NCBI GenBank assembly: GCA_963754925.1
Contig: CAVWHX010000011.1
Location: 96,001 to 160,000 of the forward strand
Reading direction: 5' to 3'
Source: an uncultured delta proteobacterium
Lineage (GTDB): Bacteria > Myxococcota > B64-G9
DNA: 64,000 nucleotides
The stretch's first letter is position 1, and each line of letters starts with the position of its first letter. Made by a program: the position numbers and the translations under genes. Below, in pieces: positions 38,684-49,367 of the stretch. The notes beneath the pieces were generated by a model. That model was not told the origin of the DNA. It did no database searches and was given only the letters and a program-made list of their open reading frames with translations.

Positions 38684-39841
38684 ATGCGATCATGCGTTTT
38701 CGTCTACTCGCCTGAGCTCGATACCTACGCATATCCAACAGACTGCCCCTTCAGTTCACAACGGGCTGGACGCGCCCGCAAAATAGCTGCGGGGCTGGAT
38801 CTGTTATCGGGCCCGAACATCCGAGAAATTCCCCCGCCGATGGCCGTCCGCGACGAGGTAACAAAACTCCACAGCGATCGCTACCTGCGCGCTCTCGAGC
38901 GAGCACAAGCTGGAGAATTTCTTCCCGAGTGGCTTGGGTTTGGGCTGGGCACCCCCGAGACGCCGCTCTTTCGAGGGATGTACGACTACGCCATGTTGGC
39001 CTGCGGCGGCAGTCTACTGGGAGCACGTCTGATTCTTTCCGGATCGGCGGAGGTGGTCTTCAATCCCTCCGGGGGCTATCATCATGCCCACGCTGAGCTT
39101 GCAGAGGGCTTTTGTTACATCAACGACGTGGCGCTCGCCTGCCAGACGCTGGCCGAAGCGGGCAAGCGGGTGCTGTATCTCGATGTTGATGTCCATCACG
39201 GCGACGGCGTCCAGCAATTTTTCTACCAGCGGCGCGACGTTCTCACCCTCTCGATCCATGAAAGCGGCCGGACGCTGTTTCCGTTCACCGGCTTCGAGCA
39301 TGAGCTTGGCGAGGGCGACGGGCGGGGCTATTGCATCAATGTCCCGTTGCCGGCGGGAACCTACGATGACGCCTACTTGAAAGTTTATTACGCCGTGGTG
39401 GCCCCGGTTCTGCAGCAGTTTGATCCGGATGTCATCGTGCTCGAACTGGGCATGGACGCCCTGGCAAACGATCCGCTCGCCCACTTGAAGTTAACCAACA
39501 ACACGTTTGCCGAGATCGTAAGCCACCTCCTCATGACCAATAAACCGATTCTGGCCGCCGGCGGGGGTGGCTACCAGATCGAGCGCACCGCCCGCGGTTG
39601 GGCGCTGTGTTGGAGTATCTTATGCGGAGCCGATGACGGCAGTCATCTCCTCACCGCGGGGCTTGGCGGCGTGATGCTGCAGTCTTCCGAGTGGCGCGGG
39701 GGGCTGCGCGATCATGCTGGTTGGGTTCCCGAAGAAGACCGCCGCACCGTGGATGCTGAAATTGACCGCGTGTTAGCCAACCTGAAGACTCAGTTGGCGC
39801 CCTTTTTCACGCTGTCGGCCTTAACCTCCCCTCACGCGTGA
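38684..39841 (+). CDS. Zn-dependent deacetylase (HDAC/AcuC family)
   Basis: GGYHHA, GFCYIND, DVDVHHGDG, SIHE, D..ANDPL, GGGGY. Confidence 0.92.
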   Translation: MRSCVFVYSPELDTYAYPTDCPFSSQRAGRARKIAAGLDLLSGPNIREIPPPMAVRDEVTKLHSDRYLRALERAQAGEFLPEWLGFGLGTPETPLFRGMYDYAMLACGGSLLGARLILSGSAEVVFNPSGGYHHAHAELAEGFCYINDVALACQTLAEAGKRVLYLDVDVHHGDGVQQFFYQRRDVLTLSIHESGRTLFPFTGFEHELGEGDGRGYCINVPLPAGTYDDAYLKVYYAVVAPVLQQFDPDVIVLELGMDALANDPLAHLKLTNNTFAEIVSHLLMTNKPILAAGGGGYQIERTARGWALCWSILCGADDGSHLLTAGLGGVMLQSSEWRGGLRDHAGWVPEEDRRTVDAEIDRVLANLKTQLAPFFTLSALTSPHA

Positions 39842-39850
39842 GACCGGAGT

Positions 39851-41659
39851 CTAGGATTTGGCTTCGCCCGGGACGGTTCGCTTGATGAACAGCTCTTGCA
39901 ACTGTTGATCCGCTACCGTCGAGGGAGCGCCGGTCAGCAAACACTGGCCGCGCTGGGTCTTGGGGAAGGGAATCACGTCCCGAATCGAACTGCCGCCCGT
40001 CAGAAGCATCACCAACCGGTCCAACCCCAATGCCAACCCGCCGTGCGGCGGAGCTCCAAAGGAAAGCGCCTTGAGCAGAAAGCTAAACTTCTGTTCGGCC
40101 TCTTCTTTGCTGATGCCGAGCACCTTGAAGACCCGCGCTTGGAGGTCGGTGTCGTGGATACGGATCGAACCGCCGCCAATTTCAACGCCGTTGAGCACCA
40201 GATCGTACGCCCGGGCGCGGCAACGTAAGGGATCGCTTTCCAGCAACGGCAGGTCGTCCTGATGCGGCGCGGTAAAGGGGTGGTGGCTGGCCACAATCGC
40301 TCCGGTCTCCTCGCTGCGCTCAAACAGCGGAAAGTCGGTCACCCAGAGCAACTCAAACCGTCCCTCGGGAACCAGCTTGAGGTGCTTGGCCAGATGCAAT
40401 CGCAGCCCGCCCAGAACGGTGTGAACCGTGCGGGCCGGCCCAAATTGCAACAGCATCACGCCTCCCGGCGTCGCGTTGGCCGCTCGATTAAACGCCGCGC
40501 GCATCTCGGCCGAAACTTTTTTAGCCATAGGCGTCTGACTCCAGCCTCCGTCCGGTTCAATCCTGGCGCGGGCGAGCCCCTTGCCGCCCAGTTCCTTCAC
40601 CTTGTCCTCGAGCTTGTCGATCTCGGAGCGGGACATCCCGGCCGAGGCCGGTATCACCAAGCACTTGACCACCCCACCGGCGGAGACAGCTTCCCGTATC
40701 ATGCCGATACCGCCGCCATCGAAATTCTTGGCCGCCTCGGTCACATCGCAAAGCTCCAACCCAAAACGCGTATCCGGTTTGTCCGAGCCGAAGCGACGCA
40801 TCGCTTGATCGTACGACATGACGACAAACGGCCGTGTCGGTTCGCTCCCGAGCGCTTCTTTGAAGACCGCGGCAATCACCGACTCCACCACCCCAAAAAT
40901 ATCCTTGGGTTTCACAAAGCTCATCTCCAAATCAACCTGGGTGAACTCAGGCTGCCTATCGCCGCGCAGATCCTCATCACGGAAACAGCGGACAATTTGG
41001 AAGTAGCGATCGTAACCCGCGATCATGAACAACTGTTTAAAAATTTGCGGCGACTCGGCCAGGCCATAGAAGGAACCGGGGCTGAGCCGGCTCGGCACTA
41101 AGAAATTGCGCGATCCGCCCGGCGTACTTTTGATCATAAACGGCGTCTCGAGCTCTAAAAATCCTTCGGCGGAAAACTGCTCGCGAATGCGTTGCGTGAT
41201 GCGGTGGCGCATGATCAGCCGCCGGGTCATCTCGGGCCGGCGCAGATCCAGATAGCGGTAGGTCAGGCGCAGTTCCTCGCGGGCATCCACGCCGTCTTCA
41301 ATTAAAAACGGCGGAATCTCGGAGCGATTGAACACCTGCAACCGGTCTCCTAATACCTCTATTTCGCCGGTGGCAAGCTTGGTATTTTGATTAGCCCCGC
41401 GCGAGCGCACCTGCCCGCTGACGCCGATAACCCATTCCGGCCGCACGTCGCCGGCCAGCCGAAAGGCATCGGGCGCGTGGTTGGGATCAAATATGATTTG
41501 GGTGATGCCCGCTCGGTCGCGCATATCAATGAAAACACAGCCGCCCAGATCGCGGCGGGAGGCCACCCAGCCGAATAAGACCACCTGCTTGCCGACATCG
41601 CCGCCGCGCAGCTCGCCGCAGTTGTGCGTCCGACCAATGTCCTCGATAAACTCCGCCAC
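39851..41659 (-). CDS. aspS: Aspartate--tRNA ligase
   Basis: RTHNCGELR, YRYLDLRR, CFRDEDLRGDRQPEFTQ, GAPPHGGLALGLDR, FPKT. Confidence 0.97.
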   Translation of the reverse strand: MAEFIEDIGRTHNCGELRGGDVGKQVVLFGWVASRRDLGGCVFIDMRDRAGITQIIFDPNHAPDAFRLAGDVRPEWVIGVSGQVRSRGANQNTKLATGEIEVLGDRLQVFNRSEIPPFLIEDGVDAREELRLTYRYLDLRRPEMTRRLIMRHRITQRIREQFSAEGFLELETPFMIKSTPGGSRNFLVPSRLSPGSFYGLAESPQIFKQLFMIAGYDRYFQIVRCFRDEDLRGDRQPEFTQVDLEMSFVKPKDIFGVVESVIAAVFKEALGSEPTRPFVVMSYDQAMRRFGSDKPDTRFGLELCDVTEAAKNFDGGGIGMIREAVSAGGVVKCLVIPASAGMSRSEIDKLEDKVKELGGKGLARARIEPDGGWSQTPMAKKVSAEMRAAFNRAANATPGGVMLLQFGPARTVHTVLGGLRLHLAKHLKLVPEGRFELLWVTDFPLFERSEETGAIVASHHPFTAPHQDDLPLLESDPLRCRARAYDLVLNGVEIGGGSIRIHDTDLQARVFKVLGISKEEAEQKFSFLLKALSFGAPPHGGLALGLDRLVMLLTGGSSIRDVIPFPKTQRGQCLLTGAPSTVADQQLQELFIKRTVPGEAKS

Positions 41660-41826
41660 GCGTCACGCTCCTTTCGATTGCACCAGCGTACCACTCAGCA
41701 TCAACACATCCCGTTCCCCAAACAAAGCAAAACCTACCTCAGCACGAGCTTCCTGGTCAAACTGCGTGTATTCACCGTCCATTATCCCATGACGAAAAAC
41801 CGACAACCTGATATTATTTCTCTGCT

Positions 41827-43263
41827 ATGAAAAGACTATTCATTCTTGACAGTATCATAGTGATTGCATTCGTCGGTTCTTGTAGCGAATCAAGAACAAC
41901 GGTCCCAGGCACACCCCGGGCGCTCGAAGTAAATTCCGGGGACGGAGCCATCAGCCTCGGGTGGAGTACACCGGTAAGCGATGGAGGTTCGTTTATCCAG
42001 AGTTACTCAGTCGATATATCACCGCAAGATTCCGCGACCGTAGCCGTTGTCGGTACCGCCGCAATCATCACGGGTCTCACCAACGGTACCGCCTATACGC
42101 TATCGGTTACGGCGCATAACGCCGTAGGTCAAGGACCTGTATCCGCGGCAGTGCAGGCGACACCCTCAACGCCGAACATTGCCACCTATGCCGCGATAGA
42201 GGTCACCGGCGATACGAGCCAAAGCGGTATTTTCGATCCGTCGGTGCTGCTCACCTCTAGCGCCGACGTCTGGATGGCGTATTCGGGCGTTGACTATTAT
42301 CGCTACCCAACCGCGTCCGATCCTCTTGTCCAAGATGTGTCGACGAAGTTAGCGCACAGTCCTGACGGAGGAAACTCGTTCAGCTATGTTACCACGTTAG
42401 GCACGGCAGGCCCACCGTCAGCGACCGTGTCCGTCCACGATGCATCGCAGAGTATCTGCGGCGCCGCAACCTGTGCCGGCCGATGGGCCTACGAAACTCC
42501 CTGGCTCATCGACGACAGTACAGACCCGGATCCCGGCCGCCGCTTCAAGATATTCGCCCACAAATATTTCCTCTATCCACCCCACAGCCCTGCGACGATC
42601 TATGTTTTAGGAGCGATTGTCATGTGGACCGCACCCGTGCTGGATGGGAACTGGTCCTCGGAAGAGATGGTAATTGGTTGGAACCTAACGCCGCCCGAAC
42701 TCCCCTTCCCTGCCCGAAACAACATCAACACCCTCGATCCGGCGCTTCAACACTGCTTGCTGGTCGCTGAGGGTGCGGCGTCCGTGCGCCAAGAAGAGCT
42801 GGATTTCGTGTTTGCCTGCACGTTGGACAGCGGCGGGCCGCCGCTGCCGCAAAAAATTGTTCTTCTTCGTTCGCTGGATCACGCAAACTCTTTCCAGTAT
42901 GTCGCAACGCTTCTGCAACCTTCCGACGCCCCGGCCGGATCCGCTTATTATACGGCTCCGGGACTGATCCCCTCTTCGAGCACCGCGCCGGTGCTGATCG
43001 CGACACCGACAACCAGCGCTGGGGTTTACGCGGGATGCTCGGTTTTTCCGTTCGCAGACGAGGAGAGCGGTTCACTGTTTCGAGACAACGACGGCTTGCC
43101 GATTTCGATACTCGAAGTCCCCCGGATTAACGACACCACTCACGTTGGCGGAGCGTGCGCCTGGGATCGCGGCCTGGATGCCACGGGAATTCTTTTAAAC
43201 GATGTTGATCTTTCGGTGTCGCCGGTACAGTTTAAAATCCTGGCAACTAAAAAATCGCTCTAG
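41827..43263 (+). CDS. Lipoprotein with an FN3 domain and an Asp-box (sialidase-like) domain
   Basis: VGS-C; GLTNGTAYTLSVTAHNAVG; SPDGGNSF and SLDHANSF Asp-box-like motifs. Confidence 0.72.
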   Translation: MKRLFILDSIIVIAFVGSCSESRTTVPGTPRALEVNSGDGAISLGWSTPVSDGGSFIQSYSVDISPQDSATVAVVGTAAIITGLTNGTAYTLSVTAHNAVGQGPVSAAVQATPSTPNIATYAAIEVTGDTSQSGIFDPSVLLTSSADVWMAYSGVDYYRYPTASDPLVQDVSTKLAHSPDGGNSFSYVTTLGTAGPPSATVSVHDASQSICGAATCAGRWAYETPWLIDDSTDPDPGRRFKIFAHKYFLYPPHSPATIYVLGAIVMWTAPVLDGNWSSEEMVIGWNLTPPELPFPARNNINTLDPALQHCLLVAEGAASVRQEELDFVFACTLDSGGPPLPQKIVLLRSLDHANSFQYVATLLQPSDAPAGSAYYTAPGLIPSSSTAPVLIATPTTSAGVYAGCSVFPFADEESGSLFRDNDGLPISILEVPRINDTTHVGGACAWDRGLDATGILLNDVDLSVSPVQFKILATKKSL

Positions 43264-43285
43264 ATAGTGTCGATTACCGCCGAAA

Positions 43286-44116
43286 TTACAATTGGGTTGG
43301 AATTTGGCACTGAGTCAGACAGGTATTTATTTGGGTAGTCACCTGTAAAATATCCTGTGGAGCAAGGCATGACTGGGTTGAGAAACAGGTTGTGAAACAA
43401 TTGATCGTCGAGGTATCAATCAACTCGATCAAGGAGAGGTAAGAACTATAAGCCCCCAATACTGTGTTAATCATTGTTAGACAGGTAGGGTTGTCTGTCA
43501 CTGTTTGACAGGACACTAACCTTCCGCATACACTATTTTCTACGGTAGTAACGTTGTCATTATTAAGGGACGTTGCCACTTGTGTCAAACAGGTTTCTAA
43601 CATATTGATATCGCAGGTCGCCGCGAGGATGCAGTTGCCTATTTCATTAAAAGTATCAGTAGTGACAATACTGTCATAGTTGTTACATTCAGTTGTGCAA
43701 TCGGCTACCGTTGTATTCGTCACCGAGTTACATTCGCCGGCGTTAGTGCCTCCAATCTTCGCGCAGACATCATCACAGGAAACGTTCTTGGTCGCTACGA
43801 AGTTCTGGTTCGGCATGTTCGCGTTGCTCACCACAACAGGAATATTCACCGGCGCAAACGTGTAATCGGTCAGGCTCGGCGTCACCGTGTAACTGCCGTT
43901 TGCCAGCCCGCTAAAGGTGTATGCGCCGGTTGCATCCGTGACCGTGGAAGCTGTCGCAGCCCCGCTGAGCGATACGCCAACGCCTGCACCAGGCCCCCCG
44001 CTTACCGTACCAGAGATAGTGTAGGTTTTCTTGCTAGTTCCGCCACAAGATATCGATAGCGCGGCAAACAAAATCCATGACATGCCAATTGCCATAAGTA
44101 TCTTTAGAGTTCTCAT
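43286..44116 (-). CDS. Cys-rich lipoprotein with a carboxypeptidase-regulatory-like Ig domain
   Basis: SIS-C; YTISGTVSG...TDATGAYTFSGLANGSYTVTP; many CxxxC motifs in the C-terminal half. Confidence 0.72.
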   Translation of the reverse strand: MRTLKILMAIGMSWILFAALSISCGGTSKKTYTISGTVSGGPGAGVGVSLSGAATASTVTDATGAYTFSGLANGSYTVTPSLTDYTFAPVNIPVVVSNANMPNQNFVATKNVSCDDVCAKIGGTNAGECNSVTNTTVADCTTECNNYDSIVTTDTFNEIGNCILAATCDINMLETCLTQVATSLNNDNVTTVENSVCGRLVSCQTVTDNPTCLTMINTVLGAYSSYLSLIELIDTSTINCFTTCFSTQSCLAPQDILQVTTQINTCLTQCQIPTQL

Positions 44117-44323
44117 AGTACTTCCTTTCTTTTATTGGTTATAGATCCGCGCACTACTACCGACATAAGAGACATATACCATGGCACTACATCGGCACAA
44201 AGGTCAACAACATCTTCTAGTTGTAGATAGTTAGAGATGAACTTATAGAGGTTTCATGGATCTGTTAATAATCTTGTTATATCTCGGTAGGTTATCAAAC
44301 CCATTGCCGAGCCGGATTTCCTC

Positions 44324-46255
44324 CTACGAGGAAAATTCCAACATCTCAAGTTCTTCGAGAATATACAGCACCGAGTAAACCGCAACCTCAAAAGAATAGG
44401 CATCCGATCCGGCGCTTGCGAGGAGGTCGCGGATCGTGGGCCGGTCATCCAACAAATGCACCACGCGTTGTTCGCGCGCGGTTAGGCCCAGGGTATCGAT
44501 CGCCAGGTAGGGATTTTCAATCCGTCGGAGTTTGTGGTCGAGCTTAGTGCGGTAGCGCGCCTTGACGACATCCGTATTAACAAATCGGCGCACCCCCTCG
44601 GCAATCAAGGCGAACGATCCAATCTTGAGCGGAATGACTTCGCCTTTGTAGGTCTGCCCGCTGAAGAACTGATAGGTGCCCGCATCCCACGAAAACACCT
44701 CAAGGACCTTCTCGCGCACCTGATCTTGGAGTTGCTCGAACAACTCGTGCGGCTTAAGAATGCCCTGGGCGATCAAAGTATCCCCCAGTCTGCCGGAGTA
44801 CCCGTGCATCGCCTTGACCGCCTCGTCGCGTTGGCTTTGGGTGACTATTTTTTTGTCCACGAGGTACTGTCCGAATAATTCGCTGGGGAGATTCGATTTA
44901 ATGAATTCGGGCAAGCCCTGACGCAGGTAGATCTCCTTGGTCACCCCGGGTCGTACGAGCACCAACCGACCGTCCTCGCGTGCGATGGCTAAGCGGTAGA
45001 ACAGTTTCGGAAAGCTAATCTCGGTGATCTGTCCCTGGTAGTCGGCGACCGCATCGGGGTCCAACTCTTCCGTGGTGGGAAGCGTCGCGAGGTGCACCGA
45101 CAACTCGGGGACATTGGCGAGATGCATCCACGTACCGCCTTCGCGCAGCACATCAAAGCGCTTGGTCAGCTGGCCGGCAGCCATCATTTCATAGAGCTTC
45201 TCCATCTGCAGCGGCCCTTGCGGCGGTTGACCCGGCGCCCGTATCCAGTAGCGCGGCGGCGCGGAGCGGGTCGAACCCGGTGCCACACCTGTCGGGCGGC
45301 CGCGGCCTTCCTCCTGCTCGGTACAAACCAGCCTGAGACAGGCCTTAAGCTGGGCGCTGCCGACCTTGACGCCGTGATTGAATAGGTAATCTTCAATCGC
45401 CTCGCGAAATTCGCCGGCGCTGTGAAAACGATCCTCGGACCGTCGCCGCAGAGCTCGGTTCAGGATGGCGCACAGATCCTCGGGAGCGTCGGGAAGGTAG
45501 CGGCGCAGGTCCGGGATCCGGGCGTCGCGAATGTGCATGAGAATATCCAGTTCATTGCCCTCGCTGAACATACGCCGACAAGTGAGCGCCTCCCAAAAGG
45601 TTATCCCGGCCGTGAAGATATCCGACCGCTGGTCAATGTCCTGGCCCCCTACTTGCTCCGGGGAGAGGTATCCCATTTTGCCTTTGAGCTCCCCGACAAT
45701 GGTATGGGTGTTGCGGGCCGTGGCCTTGGCGATCCCGAAATCAGCCACTTTTACTTCACCTTGAAAAGAAAGCAGGATGTTGGCTGGATTGAAATCACGA
45801 TGGACAATTCGAAGCGGCTCGCCGTCAGCCCCCACCGCGTGGTGGGCATAGTCCAACCCTTTGAGCGCCTCCGAGAGGATGAAACACGCCACCTCCTGCG
45901 GCAGTGGCTTCTTGGCTTTGAAAAGTCGTATCAGGAGGTGGAGCAAATCAAGGCCATGGACGTACTCCATGGCGATGAAGTAGCAACCCTCCAACCGTCC
46001 CAAGTCAAAGATTTGCACCACGTTGGCATGTTGCAATCCAGCACAGAGCTTCGCCTCGTCTATCAACATTTCGACGAGATCGGCGTCCTCTGAGAAGGTT
46101 GGTAGGATGCGCTTGATCACGATCGTCTTCTCGAACCCGCTAACTCCATACGACTTGGCCTTAAAGATTTCGGCCATCCCGCCGTGCGCAATTCGCTCCA
46201 CAAGAAGATATTTCCCAAAATGAGCAGGGAGAACCGTGCTTGGCATGTCGTTCAT
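44324..46255 (-). CDS. Ser/Thr protein kinase with GYF-like and DUF4388-like domains
   Basis: GGMAEIFKA, VIKRI, HRDFNPAN, DFG, GKMGYLSPE; later LFGQYLV, RLGDTLI, VFSWDAGTYQF. Confidence 0.88.
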   Translation of the reverse strand: MNDMPSTVLPAHFGKYLLVERIAHGGMAEIFKAKSYGVSGFEKTIVIKRILPTFSEDADLVEMLIDEAKLCAGLQHANVVQIFDLGRLEGCYFIAMEYVHGLDLLHLLIRLFKAKKPLPQEVACFILSEALKGLDYAHHAVGADGEPLRIVHRDFNPANILLSFQGEVKVADFGIAKATARNTHTIVGELKGKMGYLSPEQVGGQDIDQRSDIFTAGITFWEALTCRRMFSEGNELDILMHIRDARIPDLRRYLPDAPEDLCAILNRALRRRSEDRFHSAGEFREAIEDYLFNHGVKVGSAQLKACLRLVCTEQEEGRGRPTGVAPGSTRSAPPRYWIRAPGQPPQGPLQMEKLYEMMAAGQLTKRFDVLREGGTWMHLANVPELSVHLATLPTTEELDPDAVADYQGQITEISFPKLFYRLAIAREDGRLVLVRPGVTKEIYLRQGLPEFIKSNLPSELFGQYLVDKKIVTQSQRDEAVKAMHGYSGRLGDTLIAQGILKPHELFEQLQDQVREKVLEVFSWDAGTYQFFSGQTYKGEVIPLKIGSFALIAEGVRRFVNTDVVKARYRTKLDHKLRRIENPYLAIDTLGLTAREQRVVHLLDDRPTIRDLLASAGSDAYSFEVAVYSVLYILEELEMLEFSS

Positions 46256-46309
46256 GGTAGACCTCTCCTGCCCGCCATTATACCCGATACGGTGCCTTGT
46301 GTCGTATTC

Positions 46310-47236
46310 TCAGCTATCCAAAATAACGGTTCTCACAAGCTCACGTGGGCTTATATGCTTGTTTTGCTTTAGATATTCGCCTAATCCGTACAGCACTTCA
46401 ATGGCGGCCTTGGGGTTCCGGAAATTGGCCGAGCCAACCTGAACAGCGCTGGCACCGGCGCGCATGAACTCAACCGCGTCGCGCCATTCGACGATGCCGC
46501 CGCTGCCGACGATCGCGATATCCAGCGCCTTACTTACTTCGTAGACCGCCCGTACCGCTATCGGGCGGATGGCCGGCCCCGACAACCCGCCGATCACATT
46601 GCCGAGCAGCGGCCGGCCCGTGCGGTAGTCGACGGCCATACCGCGCACGGTGTTGATCAGGGTCAAGCCGTCGACGCCGGTCTCGGCCACCCGAACCGCC
46701 ACCGCAACCAGATCGGTAACGTTGGGTGAGAGCTTCACTAATACCGGCTTGCCGGTGTGGGCGCGCACCTGCTTGGCCACATCATAGGCCAACGCGGGAT
46801 CGGAGCCAAAGGCTATCCCGCCGCGGTTGACGTTCGGACAGGAGATGTTCACTTCCAACGCATCGACGCCCTCCACCGCATCAAGGCGCTTGGCCAAGGC
46901 GGCGTACTCTTCGACCGTATTCCCCAGAATGTTGACGATTACCTGCGTCTTTAGCCCACGGAGCCACGGCAGTTTTTCCTGGATGAAAACATCTATCCCG
47001 GGGTTTTGTAGGCCAATGGAATTGAGCATTCCAGAGGGCGTCTCCGCGATACGCGGCGCCGGGTTACCCTGCCGCGGCAGCAACGAGACGCCTTTGGTCA
47101 CTATCGCGCCCAGGGAATCAACATCTACCAATGAGGCATATTCTTCGCCGTACCCGAACGTGCCCGACGCGACTATGACCGGGTTCGCCAGGCGCAAGCG
47201 GCCGATGGCCACTGCCATGTCCACGGTTGTGTTCAC
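46310..47236 (-). CDS. pyrD: Dihydroorotate dehydrogenase, class 1B catalytic subunit
   Basis: ASGTFG, GNPAPRIAETPSGMLNSIGLQNPG, NISCPNV, KLSPNVTD, GGLSGPAIRP. Confidence 0.95.
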   Translation of the reverse strand: MNTTVDMAVAIGRLRLANPVIVASGTFGYGEEYASLVDVDSLGAIVTKGVSLLPRQGNPAPRIAETPSGMLNSIGLQNPGIDVFIQEKLPWLRGLKTQVIVNILGNTVEEYAALAKRLDAVEGVDALEVNISCPNVNRGGIAFGSDPALAYDVAKQVRAHTGKPVLVKLSPNVTDLVAVAVRVAETGVDGLTLINTVRGMAVDYRTGRPLLGNVIGGLSGPAIRPIAVRAVYEVSKALDIAIVGSGGIVEWRDAVEFMRAGASAVQVGSANFRNPKAAIEVLYGLGEYLKQNKHISPRELVRTVILDS

Positions 47237-48024
47237 GGGAATACCTCGTGCGATGAAAACACCGGTCCGTCAACGCAAGCGCGCCGCTTGCCGCCGGGCA
47301 AGTCGAGCGTGCATCCCAGACAAGCGCCGACCCCACAGGCCATGCGCGACTCGAGCGAGAGCTCTACCGGCCAGGAAGCGCGGGCGCCAAGTTCTGATAC
47401 CGTGCGCATCATCGGCAGCGGGCCGCACGCCGCGATCGCCCCCGGGGTCCCCCCCGGGGCCTCGTGGTCTAACATCTCCGCGAGCAGGTCGGTCACCATC
47501 CCGCGCGCGCCCGCCGACCCATCATCGGTTGCCCGCTTGAGAGCAATCTCCCGCTCGATAAGTTCATCAAGAGCGATCAGACGCGCTTTGGTGCTCGCTC
47601 CATAGAGCAGGCTCACCCGCGCCCCCCGGTCCGCCGCCCGCAGCGCCAAAAACCGCAACGGCGCTATCCCTAATCCTCCCGCCACGAGCATCAAGCGCTG
47701 CCCTGATAGTGGTTCGCTAAAGCCATGGCCCTGGGGACCGAGCAGCCCGATGCGCTGACCCACCCTGACCTGGGAGAGCAGTTCAGTCCCGCGTCCGACA
47801 ACGCCGACGATGAGCTCTATGGTTCCCTCTGACCCTACTCCCGCTATTGAAATGGGCCGATTTAAAAACGGATCGCTGCTGCTCGGTGACAGCGGCCCAA
47901 CCATCACAAACTGTCCGGGCGCCGCCGCAGCCGCTATTGGTCGGGCACGAAGATCGATACGAAACGTAGCGGCCGCCACCGGTTCGACGAGAGAAACTTC
48001 CGCTGATACCTGTTTCACGGTCAT
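47233..48024 (-). CDS. pyrK: Dihydroorotate dehydrogenase electron-transfer subunit
   Basis: PGQFVM, RPISI, GGLGIAP, ACGP, MACGVGACLGC...CVDGPVF. Confidence 0.93.
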   Translation of the reverse strand: MTVKQVSAEVSLVEPVAAATFRIDLRARPIAAAAAPGQFVMVGPLSPSSSDPFLNRPISIAGVGSEGTIELIVGVVGRGTELLSQVRVGQRIGLLGPQGHGFSEPLSGQRLMLVAGGLGIAPLRFLALRAADRGARVSLLYGASTKARLIALDELIEREIALKRATDDGSAGARGMVTDLLAEMLDHEAPGGTPGAIAACGPLPMMRTVSELGARASWPVELSLESRMACGVGACLGCTLDLPGGKRRACVDGPVFSSHEVFP

Positions 48025-48530
48025 CGGATTGCGCCCTGCCGATCTATTCGCGGGATACGTTCACCCGCCGCCACCTCACGCAGCATGAGAATGGCGTCCT
48101 CGTTGCTGCGCCGATAGTATTGCCGGCGCCGCCCAACTGTCGAGAAACCCATGGAGCGGTACAGTTCTTGCGCCGCCCGATTGGACTCCCGCACCTCAAG
48201 ATTTACCAGTCCGCCGCCCCGGTCGGCAAACACATCCAGACAATGAAACATGAGCCGTCGGCCAAGTCCCTGACGACGACGATGGCGAGCGATTGCCAAA
48301 TTAAGCACGTGCAAATCCCCCGGCAACATCCAGCATATGACGAAACCATCGACTTCCATCGCGGCTCGATGGTATGGAACGCCGATGAGCTTGAAGTACG
48401 ACCATGGTTGCGTGAGCTCCGCCAAAAAGGCCTCGGCAGGCCAGGGATCGTCGAAGCTTTCGTGTTCTATCCGCAACACCTCTTCCAAGGAGGCGGCCGT
48501 CATCTGAACGATCGACCGTTCCATGGTCAT
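48021..48530 (-). CDS. rimI: Ribosomal-protein alanine N-acetyltransferase
   Basis: SFDDPW, HVLNLAI, RRQGLG, LEVRESN, RRQYY...EDAILM. Confidence 0.9.
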   Translation of the reverse strand: MTMERSIVQMTAASLEEVLRIEHESFDDPWPAEAFLAELTQPWSYFKLIGVPYHRAAMEVDGFVICWMLPGDLHVLNLAIARHRRRQGLGRRLMFHCLDVFADRGGGLVNLEVRESNRAAQELYRSMGFSTVGRRRQYYRRSNEDAILMLREVAAGERIPRIDRQGAIR

Positions 48531-49258
48531 CCACCATTCCGGGCAGAGGCCGCCAGGTCGACGAGTACTTTGATCTCGGCGTGCCTGCGGAGCTCAACAA
48601 TAAAACGGGTCAACCATTTCTCACGTTGTAGGGTTATCAGGCGTAAGCGAATCGCCTCGGCCACCGTGTCGAATTCCGCTCCGCCAAAACTCAACCGATT
48701 GCGCTCGTAGTATTCGCGGACGGCTTCCGTGGTCACCGCCGGCATGACCAGCGCCTTGTTCTCCTTAAGGCGTTCAACGCACAGGTGGCGCGCCAGTGCA
48801 TCGGCGATATCACTATCGTCGAGAGCATAGTCAAGCAAAAAACGCTGGTACTCGCCGGCGTCACGAAATCGCTGTTTGAAACTCTCCAAGAGTTGTTGGC
48901 GTTCCTCCTCGCTCACCAACGGCAACCCAAGTTTATTGGCCTCGTCGAGCAGTAGTTGCTGGTCGATCAACGCCTCCGTAACTTTTTTAAACAGTTCACC
49001 GCTTACCTCTTGAGCCAGCCTAATCCGGCCCCGATGCTCAATCTGGAACAACAGCGCTTCCTCCCGCACCTCGCTCAGCGTTATCAGGTGCCGATCGACG
49101 ACCGCAATAATTTCATCGACCACAACGTCAGGCGTCGGCGCCGCCTGAGCCAAACCCGCCGCGCGAATGCTCATTATCAAGAAGGTCATGGCCGCTGGGC
49201 CGCCTGGTCTGGTCAACATCATATGTCGTACTCTACCTAAAAACTGCCGCTTGAGCAA
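48527..49258 (-). CDS. SurA N-terminal-domain-like exported chaperone
   Basis: VDEIIAVVDRHLITLSEV, LIDQQLLL, ELRRHAEIKV; the real start may lie further downstream. Confidence 0.7.
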   Translation of the reverse strand: MLKRQFLGRVRHMMLTRPGGPAAMTFLIMSIRAAGLAQAAPTPDVVVDEIIAVVDRHLITLSEVREEALLFQIEHRGRIRLAQEVSGELFKKVTEALIDQQLLLDEANKLGLPLVSEEERQQLLESFKQRFRDAGEYQRFLLDYALDDSDIADALARHLCVERLKENKALVMPAVTTEAVREYYERNRLSFGGAEFDTVAEAIRLRLITLQREKWLTRFIVELRRHAEIKVLVDLAASARNGG

Positions 49259-49367
49259 CGTGTTCTCTAAAACCCCATGACTTCACCTCCGATCATACGG
49301 CAGCCCCAAAAAAAATTGATCTCTTTTTCACTACCGCCTGCAGGCGGTCTCGCGTATTCTTCACAAC

